Of a stretch of 64,000 bases of DNA, positions 41,916-52,655 are shown piece by piece. Under the pieces are notes generated by a model. It worked only from the letters and a program-made list of their open reading frames with translations, did no database searches and was not told where the DNA came from. Within the stretch, counting starts at the first letter, position 1. Each line of letters starts with the position of its first letter. The DNA comes from the human T2T-CHM13v2.0 reference genome, Homo sapiens. Location: assembly GCF_009914755.1 (NCBI RefSeq), contig NC_060932.1. One strand, given 5' to 3'. Both the position numbers and the translations under genes were made by a program.

Positions 41916-43611
41916 CCTACATTACAGAAACTTAAGAGGTCATTGAGTGGGGTCACTGAAGTTGTGTCAAACAATGTTAAAATAAATGGTCATTAGTGCT
42001 AAAAATCAGTCAAACTGGTTGTTACTGTTGTATAAAGTAAATCACGTGACTGAATTTTTCACCGTTATTGGTAATAACAGCCCCTGTACTTGTGCAGAGT
42101 TGTAAAATGTGGTTCTCATCCCTGGCTGTACATTAGAGCCCCATAGGAAGCACCAGAAATATATTATAAAGGAGTTAAATAGGCCTCTCTGCAGGGCGAG
42201 CCCTGGCTGCGTTCCTGGGGTGGCTGGTGTGAGAGCTGTGGGTGTGGCTTCAGGGCTCCTCCTGGTGCCAGCTTCACAGCATCGTCAGGGAAAGCCTGTG
42301 AGAGGGGCAGGGTTTTTGTTCTGGTTTTGTTGATGGAAAAGGACTAAAGAGCTGAGGTCCAGGGAGGTGAATGAATTAGCCAAAACTAGAGAGGGGAAGG
42401 ACTGGTTCCTGGGTCTCTGTCCAGCGTCACCTTGTGATGGCATCAATTCTCAGCCATCACAATTCTCTGCACAGCTAAGGGCTGGGGGACTTACACCCAT
42501 GTGGCCTGGTGTGACCCTTCAACAGTCAGGGCCAGGCATGGATAGACCAGCCCAGCCCAGAAGGTCAGCTGGGGCTGCTGTGTCCTGGAAGCCTTCCTGT
42601 AGGGTCACAGAATTTCAGCATGGGCAGATTCTCTAGAGACTGCCTTGTCTAGCCTCCCCATTTTTTTTTTTTTTTGAGAAGAAGGTCTGGAGGTGTGATG
42701 TGACATCCCTGAGTCCTTACTGCCTAGTGAGACCAGCATGCTGGTCACTCGGCCCCAGTACTGAGTGAGTAACCCTGTGATATCAGTTGCCCTGTCCCCG
42801 AACGGAGCTTGGGGCCCAGTTGCTTAAGATGGCAGGGGGCAGAGCTCAAGCTTTCAAAAGAGGTAGAATTGAGCCAGATGCTCTTGGAACCCAACATAGC
42901 CTTCTTCACCTCCCAAACCACTCCCGGGCAATACAATCCCTTGTTGACAGGTGCGGGAAGGTTCTACTTCCCCCTTGAGCACCTCCCAACTTCCTTCCAC
43001 CAACCTGGCCATGTCTACCTGCTTGATAGAGACCACAGCCAATTTTGTTGCCCTGGTCTTGCAGATCAGTTTCTGGTAACACTCTGGTTGCTTCCATTCC
43101 CTGAATTTCCATGGCACTATCGACATGTTCCTGGAACTGGATGCTCTGCCCCGCACCACCACCTGCCCAGGTGAGAGGTAGCCAGCGAGGCCCCAGGCAA
43201 GGCTGCAGTGTTTTTCCAGCACCCACATTAGGTTTTTGGCAGCACCAGGATCTTCTCTTTCCTGGTGCATGGATTGGCTTTCATCTCCCAGGCAGGAAAG
43301 ACCACATTCCAGCTTTTCCCAGACTCTTTGCTACTTGGCAAAAGAGCCAGGTGGAAAGACAGCTATTTTTTTTTCTTTTCCAGTACATTACCTTAAATGC
43401 TTTTCTCTCCTTTCTGAGAAGCTGAGAGTGTATCTCTTATCTCTGATCCCTGAATCTTGAGGTAATTTATGGCAGATTGGCCATGCCATGGCAGATGTTG
43501 TATTAGGAGAGGTCCCAGAAGGGGAAGAACTAACACTGAGACCGACTGTGTACCAGGTACGTCTCAGCCTGCAGTCAGAATCAGAGAGACACCATTCTGA
43601 TACTAAAACAA

Positions 43612-43907
43612 TTTTTTTTTCTAGGCAAGGTCTCACTCTGTCACCCAGGCTGTAGTGCAGTAGTGTGATCATGGCTCACCACAGCCTCCACCTCCCAGGC
43701 TCAAACCTTCCTCCCACCTCAGCCTCCTGAGTAGCTGGGACTACAGGTACATGCCACCACACCCACCTAACTTTTGTGTTTTTTTTGTAGAGACAGCATC
43801 TTGCCATGCTTTCCCAGGCTGGTCTTGAACTCCTGGGATCAAGCAATCCTCCTGCCTTGGCCTCCCAAAGTGCTGGGATTACAGGTGTGAGTCAGCATGC
43901 CCTGCCT
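43612..43907 (-). mobile_element. AluJ
   Basis: Antisense Alu dimer with J diagnostics. Confidence 0.9.
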
Positions 43908-44779
43908 GAAAAAATTTTTTAACCCAAATCTTTACTGAAACCTTCCTAAGAGGCCTCAAGGAGATAATTCCATAGGAAAACATCCACAGCTATTCTTCAC
44001 TTGTCTTCTGTCTCCAAAATTTTTCAAAACACTTAAAATCATCTTATGATCTTAGCTGGTACTATGCATTGTTCTCTCCTCTCTTCCTTCTCTTTCAACT
44101 TCCTAATCATTATTATTTTTTAAGTTTCTCCAGAGCTTTCTAATGTGAAAAAATCCACACATTCTCTGCTCTTTTGATTGTGCAGACTTACTTATTACCC
44201 TTAACCACAACCAAAACCCAGGCCAACAAATTTCCTTTGCTCTGTAAGGAGTGGGACTGGGCATGGGGAAATGAAGCAGAGAGCAATGTGGTGAATTATA
44301 TGGTATACTAATTAGGATTAGATTTGATTGTATTTAATGGAAAATCAAATATGAGTGGCTTAAACAAGAAATTCAGAGGCAGTCCAGGGCTGCTATGATG
44401 TCTCTGTGATCATTGGCATCTGAGTGCCTTTTGTCTTTTGTGTTTAGTACTAGGTTTCACTATGGTAACAAAATGGCATCTGTAGCCCCAACCATCGCAT
44501 ACGCGTTCCAGGCATCTGGAAGAAGCAAGGAGCAAGGGGGGAAGGGTTTTAGCAACCTTTCAAGAGGTCTCCTAGAAGCTCTTCAAAATGACGTCCGGTT
44601 AATAATTATTGGCCGTCCTCATCTGGAAAGGAATTTGGGACAGTAGTTTTATTAACTGCATCTATTGCAGTCCCCCAAAATAGGAACTCAGTGAGTAAGA
44701 AAAAAAGAAGAGTAGATATGAACAGTCTTTACCATACATCCCTGTCACTCTTTGGACTTTTTAAAAACCTCTTTGAAAA

Positions 44780-45330
44780 AAACTAAACCTTTCATTTTGA
44801 GATAATTAATTATAGATTTATACGCAGGTGTAGGAAATAATACAGAGGGATCACCTGTATAGTCTTCACCCAGTTTCCCCCAGTGGTAACATCTTGTAAA
44901 ACTATAGTACAATATCACCACCAAGACATTGACCATTGATCCGGTCAAGAGACAGGGCACGTCCATCATCACAGGGGTGCCTCCTGCTGCCTCTTATAGC
45001 CACATCCACTTCCCTCCCAGCTTCATTCCTCCTCAACCCTGGCAAATGTTAATCTATTCTCCATTTCTATAATGTTGTCATTTTCAGAATATTTGGGTTC
45101 AATTTTTTGTGTGTACCAATAGTTCATTCCTTTTCAATGCTGAATGGTAGCATTCCATGATATGAATGTACCAGTTTGCTTAAGTCTTCATTCTTTGAAG
45201 GACATCTGAGTATTTCCAGTGTTTGGCATAAAAGCTGCTATGAATACTTTTTTACAAGTTTTTGTGTGAACTTAAGTTTTCATTTCTCTGGATAAATGTC
45301 CAAGATTGCAAGTGCTCAATCACATGGTCC
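44780..45330 (-). mobile_element. Old L1 (L1MC-like) 3' fragment
   Basis: TTCATTTTGAGATAATT...CCAGTTTCCCCCAGTGGTAACATCTTG...AATAGTTCATTCCTTTT. Confidence 0.7.
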
Positions 45331-45890
45331 ATTTTACATTACGATAACATTGAAAATATGCAAAAAGGTTAAAAGCTATTTCTTTAACCTATAGGTGCCA
45401 TCATCTAAAAATAGCACTGTAAAAATTCTGGTGTGTTTTCTCCTCACATCTTTTTAAAATGTGTATTTCGTTTTTGTTCTCATGTTTGTGTGTGCATTTG
45501 TGTGGATAGGCAAGGTTATGCTGCTGTGACAAATGATTCCCAAATCTCAGTGGCTTAGTCCAACACATTTATTTCTCATTGATACAAGGTCACTGTCAGT
45601 CCAGAGAACCCCCAGGGGTCGCTGTCTTGTAGATGGTGACTCCAGGATCCAAGCTGCTCTAGGATTTGGGCTCTCCTATTCTGACTGCAGCAACATGGTA
45701 GTGACACACATGTCATGTCTGTTCACATTTCATTGGCTAGTACTTCTCATATGGCTCCATCTAACTGCGAGGGACAAGAAAACATGCAAAGAACATGGAA
45801 GAACATGGCCCATGATGGGATGAGCTGTGGCACTGCATCTGCCATGTAATGTATGAAAAACGTATTTTATTTTATGAGTTAATGTTATTT

Positions 45891-46187
45891 AGTCAGTTGT
45901 GGTGACATATGCCTGTAGTCCCAGCTACTTGGGAGGCTGAGGCGAGAGGATTGCTTGAACTTAAGAGTTTGCAACCTGCCTGTGCAACACGGAAAAACCT
46001 CCTCTCTACAAAAAATACAAAAATTAGCCAGGCATGGTGGCGTGCACCTATAGTCCCAGTTATTCAGCAGGCTGAGGTGAGAGGATCGCTTCAGCCTGGG
46101 AGGTCAAGGCTGCAGTGAGCTGTGTTTACGCCATTGTACTCCAGCTTGGGCGACAGACCCTGTTTCAAAGACCCTGTCTCAAAAAAA
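45891..46187 (+). mobile_element. AluJ
   Basis: Alu dimer with GGTCAAGGCTGCAGTGAGC. Confidence 0.88.
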
Positions 46188-46284
46188 TATATAGCACAAT
46201 CTTGGAATATTATAGCACAAAATATTACAATACAATCTCTTTCCTACACCTTATAGATGATGATAATAATAATAAAATATTAAT

Positions 46285-46583
46285 AATAATAATTATTATT
46301 ATTATTTTGAGATGGAGTCTCACTCTGTCACCTAGGCTGGAGTGCAGTGGCGTGATCTTGGGTCACAGCAATCTCCACCTGCTGGGTTCAAGTGATTCTC
46401 CTGCTTCAGCCTCCCGAGCAACTGAGATTACAGGCACCCACCACCATGCCCGGCTAATTTTTGTATTTTTAGTAGAGACCACCGTGTTGGCCAGGCTTGT
46501 CTTAAACTCTTGGCCTCAAGTGATCTGCCTTCCTCAGCCTCCCAGAGGGCTGGGATTACAGGAATGAGCCATCATGCCTAGCC
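46285..46583 (-). mobile_element. AluS with a (TTA)n tail
   Basis: Antisense Alu dimer. Confidence 0.92.
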
Positions 46584-47287
46584 ACAAAGTATTAAAAAAC
46601 AAAATTAGAATGATTTTCAGCATATAAAATAATCTTGATCTTTTCTTTGAAAAATTCTGTTACCTGCCTGGGAAATTCACTTATGTAAAATGGTTCATTC
46701 TCCAACTAAGTGAGGTAGACGAGGCCTGACTGTCAGAAGAGCATCATTGCTAAGACAAAGGAACAAACGAAGCCATTTGGATCATGCAGATTTACCCCTT
46801 GTGCCAGTGTAAGGCCATTATCAATCTCACCCTTAAGTCCTCCAGCCTGTTTTCATATTTTCTTTCCCATGATGGGTGTTATCCTGAGATAGCTTTATGT
46901 TTTAGTTTTGTTTTTAAAACAAAGTAGAACTAAAAGGCAAACAAACAAAACCCCTGACCATTTAGAACCCTGTAAATACAATAAATAAATTGCATATATC
47001 GTATTAAAATGTATTTAATAAATAAATACACCCCATGTAACATTCTACCAACACCATCCCCTGAAAAAAGGGAAATAATGGAGGAACTTTGTCCTTTCTT
47101 CTGGAAATACTTTTCATTTCATTTTTGTTGAGTTAAACGGCATTCATCTTTCAAATTTGTCGTGTGGGGATTCCTTGAAATAAAGGTAGTCTATGTACGG
47201 TTCGGTCAAACTTTCCCGGAGGTCATGAAACAGAAAGGCTTGCAATAAGATTCTCCAATAATGTGGTTTATTCAACAAATTTAAACT

Positions 47288-47578
<291 letters not shown>

Positions 47579-47788
47579 TTCAAACAATCAGCAAGAAGCA
47601 AAGGAAAAGAGGCAGGACAGGTTAACACACGGAGGATAGAGCCACGCGGGCAGATTCCTCGGTTGTAGGCTGCTCGTTTGTCCTGTGTCTTTCTCTCTCT
47701 GATGCATGAGCCTTTCCCACTGTTGACGGGGTTTTGAAGAGCAGAATTGAGGGCAAGCAAAGGTCTCCACAGAGGCAATGCCTGCTCT

Positions 47789-48098
47789 CTTTTTTTCTTT
47801 TCTTTTCTTTTTTTTTTTTGAGACAGTCTCACCCTGTCATCCAGGCTAGAGTGCAGGGTCCGATCTCGGCTCACTGCAACCCCTGCCTCCCAGGTTCAAG
47901 TGATTCCCCTGCCTCAGCCTCCCAAGTAGCTGAGATTACAGGCATGCACCACCACGCCCAGCTAATTTTTTATTTTTTAGTAGAGCCTGGGTTTCACTGT
48001 GTTGGCCAGGCTGGTCTCGAACTCATGGCCTCAAGTGATCCGCTGGCTTCAACCGCCCAAAGTGCTGGGATTACAGGTGTGAGCCACCATGCCTGGCC
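47789..48098 (-). mobile_element. AluS
   Basis: Antisense Alu dimer. Confidence 0.93.
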
Positions 48099-48246
48099 GT
48101 GCTTGCTTGCTCTATCAGAGAGCAGAGGCAAGAACGTGGGTCCCACTGCCCAGCTGCAGCTTCTTAATAATCCACTGGGCAGCAAATGGGTTTTATCTGT
48201 GTCCCTCCGTCTGGAGAGCCCCCTTGTTTGTCCTCAGCCCTAGTCC

Positions 48247-49472
48247 CAGCTACGTTAACTCTTTCTTTGCAGGAAAAATCAGCTGAGCTATACTTAACTA
48301 GAGTGTCCAGTATATATCAAGTAGATCAAGTGACTATAAATGGGGAGGTTTCTTAAATTTTTTATATATTTTATTTTTTTTTAGAGATGGGGTCTCACTG
48401 TGTTGCCCAGGCTACATTTGAACTGCCGGACTCAAGCAATCCTCCCACCTCAGCCTCCAGAGTAGCTGGGACTTCAAACAATTGAAGTAGAAATTTGTAT
48501 CTAATTTCGTGGGATAAAAAATATTCAAGGGAATTATTGCAATTCTTCCTTTGATTTTTTTTCCCCACATGAAACTGTCTCGAATTCCTCCTTGAGTCCC
48601 CAGCATTCAGGGGAAGTTTCTATTTCATGCTTCCGTTTGTACTTTTATCATCAAGGCTACCCAAACTCTTTTACTCGACCAGACCTCGGTGGGAATCACA
48701 AGTGCCTGTGGATACATGGAAATACGTTTGAATGTATGTTTCATTTGCATGGGCAAGCATATCGGTATTTTTGGGTTCACGTGTGTAATCGATGTTAAGC
48801 CCTACCTGAAACTAACAAAATACTGCATTAAGCCTGACAAAGTGTAAACAAAGCAGGTATTTCCCAGTTGTTCCCACCATGAACTGAGGGCACGCTTCCC
48901 AGGATCAGTGGCTGTGCCTCCTGAGCTGCTCTGGTCTCGCAAGCCACCAGCTTCTGGGGTGGGCACCATCGCCTATTCTTGTTGCAAAGGGGACCCAGCC
49001 CTGGGGCTGCAGGCAGGAGGGTGGGGCTGTCCCAAGAACTAGCTCCTTATCAGAAGGATACAGAGTCCTGAAAATCCCCCCACCCCTGGAGTTTGTGTTT
49101 CCTTTCAGATCTCTGAGCATCTTTTGATCTTGAAGCTGATCCATTTTTCCTCTCTCTCTTCCTACTTCCCCCGTCTCTTTCCCCTCCTGTCTCAACCAAC
49201 CTAGGGAAATAAACTCCTATGCAGGAGATAAGTTACCACAGATATCAGCTACGTTAACTCTTTCTTTGCAGGAAAACTCAGCTGAGCTATACTTAACTAG
49301 AGTGTCCAGCATATATCAAGTAGATCTAGTGACTATAAATGGGGAGTTTTCTTAATTTTTTTATGTATTTTATTGTTTTTGGAAATGGGGTCTCACTCTG
49401 TTGCCCAGGCTACATTTGAACTGCTGGGCTCAAGTGATCCTCCTGCCTCAGCCTCCAGAGTAGGTGGGACTT
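48247..49472 (+). repeat. Dispersed direct duplication of ~227 bp (48247-48474 and 49246-49472): unique sequence plus a partial FLAM/Alu monomer
   Basis: Both copies run CAGCTACGTTAACTCTTTCTTTGCAGGAAAA...GCCCAGGCTACATTTGAACTG...CCTCCAGAGTAG.TGGGACTT, roughly 90% identical by eye. Confidence 0.93.
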
Positions 49473-51862
49473 TAGACATATGCCACCGTGGCTGGCTTTT
49501 ATTTTTTATTGCTATGTTTATTCCTTCATTTAATGCCAAAAAAGGCTTAGAGGAGTTTTCTGGCCCCTACACTGACATCACACACAGGAGGTCCTCATTA
49601 AGTCTTTTTGCCTAATTGGCTTAATTGTGGTGCATTTGATAAATACTGGAGGAAATCCTGTGCTCTGCTCTGGGGTGAGAGGACCTTGCCACTCTGCGCA
49701 TTCCGCGGCCAAGCCTGGGAGGTTGGGGACTGTGAAGGGGACGCCCCTTACTACGTGGGGAGAGGCAGCCTTGCTGTGAGCATTGAGTTTGAGTCTGGGA
49801 ACCTGACCAGGAAGGCTCAGCTGTCTCCTTGCCTGCTCTATGGCCCTGAGCGAACCTTGCATTCTTTTTCTCTAAATCTCAGCCTGTCTCTCTCCCTCAC
49901 CAGCCTACTGCAAGGCCCACCTGAGAGAGTGAGTGACGATGCTTTGTACACTGCAGAGTGGCCCCACGTAGAGCCCTGCTGTCAGGGCCTCAGGGCAGGG
50001 AAGGTTCTAAGGCTGGGCCAGGCCTGGGAGTTGTGTCAGGGAGCTGTGTGACAGACTGGCCACAGTCCTTGTCACTCCAGTTCCATCCAGGTGACCTGCA
50101 GCTTCCCAGGGCATCCGAACCCAGCAGCCCCAGGGATAGCCAGGAGGGAGTCGGTTCTGATCTGCTGCTGGGCAGGGGAGGGGTCAGGCCCGGCTGGGAG
50201 TAACCTAATCCCAGCGAAGAGCATGTCTGATTGCTTGACCGCTGCCCTCCTGCAGCTGGATTAGCAGCTGTGGCTTGGGGGAATAGGCTTGTTTATCATG
50301 CCCGAGACAAAAGGAGGAAGCTGAGAGCAGTTAAAACAACAGTTCTTCCTGTTGCCCCCACGCCTTTCATCCGAGGAGGCCGTTGTGAAGGAGAGTCCTC
50401 TTGGTGGTCAGGCCAGGGCCTGGGTTGCCATTCGAGGGGGAAGGGAAGAAGGCGGGGCCTCAACTGCACAGGCGAGGCTCAGTCAATCCCACTACAGCCC
50501 CACAGGGCAGATGCGATGTCTCCATTTTACCGAGGATGGTGACTGGCTCAGAGAGGTTGATTCATTCCTCCAAGGCTTCACAGCTGCCAAAGGCTAGCCC
50601 TGGGATGCTGACGGGTCTGGCCGCCTGCAGACCGGCTCCTTTTCCCTTTGCCTCTTGTTGACGCCTTCATGCTGGACAAAGCAAGAGTCACCGGCCCCAG
50701 ATGCCCCCAGAACCCTTCTTTAAAGCCAAGATATTGGGTGTCCTGGAACTCTTGTTATAGACCCAGAAAGTCTGAGCGATGGCAAGGCCCATAAGCATTG
50801 TGGAGTCCAACTGCGTTGCAAATAAGTCATTTGACAGATGAGGGAACTGAAGTCCAGAGAGGTGAAGCAACTCATCCACACCAAAACAGCATTTTAGCAT
50901 GTTGCAGAAGGCAGGTGGTCAGCAGAGCTGTTGAATGATGGAATCTGTGGCAGAGAGCCAGACTCGCGTCCCCACCCCAGCTCCCTGTGCTCTCGGGCCT
51001 GTGCCAGTCTCTTCCATGGGGATGGTTTTGTCCGCGGGTTGGTGCTATAGACTGACCCGGGGGATCTTCCAGTGTCTGCTGGCTCCAGGCATCCCACCTG
51101 GTGGCCTTCTGCTGATCCTGAGTCCCCACTCTCAGCGCTCCATAAGTAACTAATATTTATCTTGGATTAGTTCCAAATCTACTGCAAAGTTGCAAGAATG
51201 GTACAAAAGTCTCCCACATCCTCCACTGTCTCCACAAGCACTCGCTGCTCTTACCACTTACTTTCTTGGCCATCAATAGCTCTGTGTCACGAGGGAAGGA
51301 AAGAAAAGAGCAGAGAAAATGGAGGCTCTGGGCACTGTGTAGATCAGAGACTCCTCCCTTTCTCAATTCCACGGTCCCCTGGAGAGCAACATAGTACAGA
51401 AGTTACCTGGTCTTCTTTCGTGACCATGCCCAGTCTCAGTAGGTATTCCATAGGGATTTGTAGAGTGGAGGAATGGATTGATCTCATACAACCTGAATTG
51501 CGTTGGCTACATTCCTTCAGGACACCTGGGAGAGCAGAAAGTGCATGAGGCGTTGGATCTCTGGCGTGCGCTGGGAATAACCCGGCATGGTAGGGTGAAG
51601 AAGACCAGGGATTAGCCTGGGGTGGGGGAGCATTTCTGGATGCCCAGAAGGGTCCCCTTAGAGAAGGTGATAGAATTATGGGCTGCTGAGGCTAACGGGT
51701 CAGTTGGAGGGCAACTGAGCCTCCATTTCCTCCCCCAGTTTCCAGAGGGGAAAGCCAGGTCCCGGGGAGGTAAAGTGACTTCCTCAAGGACATGCCGTGG
51801 CCAGTGGCAAGATCAGATGAAGACCGCGTCACCCGAGTCCCCAGCCTCTACCTGTTCCCTCC

Positions 51863-52655
51863 CCGGTTCCATTGCTCTGTGCGTTTATGAGGATTAGCCC
51901 ATGTTAATGCAGCAAAGCTCACAAACACTGTCATACATCCCAGGTGGCACTGCAGGGAAAAAGTGACTGAGAAGCCCCAGCACTCTCCTAGGGTTGTGGT
52001 GGATGCATTTCTGGGGGAGATGGGCCTCTTATTCCTGGTGAAGAGAGTCTTGGGGAGACTGGAGGGGCAAGGACCCTTGGTGTCCCTTGAGGAGAGGGAG
52101 TCCCAGTTGGGGTTGGGTAGACTCACACCAGGTGGAAGAGCCATAATGCCTGCAGGTGGACTTGCTCTACCTGAAGGTGGACAGGGGTCCCCGGGGCTGG
52201 TGGGTTCTGTGTGGGGGCTCCTGAAATGCTAGGAATAGCAGCCACTGCAGCAGCTGTCCCTGGGCCTGTGGACTCATTCCTGGGGATGGCTCCTAATCCA
52301 GCAGGAGCCTGGGTGATTGGCACTCTTCTGCCAAACCTAGAGCCTTCTGCAGTTCCAGTAGGCAGTGCCTCAACAATGCCAGGAACGCTGGGGGTGGTCC
52401 CCGGATGGAAATGGAAACCCATTTCTCTCCACACAGCAACACCAGACCTGATCCTCGCTTTCTGTATGTCGGCTGTTTTGCATTCTTTGTGTTGATCTTC
52501 CCCACTTGTCACATCACGGAAAACCGGTCCATATGCCGGGAGAAGCCTCACAGATGCTGATGATGACCATGCGGTTGTCCTGGAGGGTGGGGCTCATCCT
52601 AGGGTCCGTGTTGCAGCCTCTTGCAGCTCTGCCCACAAGCATCGGTGCTGCTCCT
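51863..52655 (-). pseudogene. Degenerate processed pseudogene of SNRPN (SmN)
   Basis: ATG at 52642, TAG at 51990-51988, no introns. Frame fragments KINTKNAKQP...GLVLLCGEKWVS...GPPP, VPITQAPAGL, GTAAAVAAIPSISGAPTQNPP and PGIRGPSPPEMHPPQP* match SmN (KIKPKNAKQP...GLVLLRGENLVS...GPPP; VPIPQAPAGL; AAAVAATASIAGAPTQYPP; PGIRGPPPPGMRPPRP*). An SNRPN-like 3'UTR follows. Confidence 0.88.

Noticed and set aside
47734-48243. Alu-derived ORFs (also at 1199, 21996, 35116, 38531, 46115)
   Set aside because: Standard Alu antisense translations.
52123-52551. 142-aa minus-strand ORF as a functional retrogene
   Set aside because: Only part of it is in the SmN frame. The Sm domain is frameshifted and there is no ATG start, so it is treated as a pseudogene.
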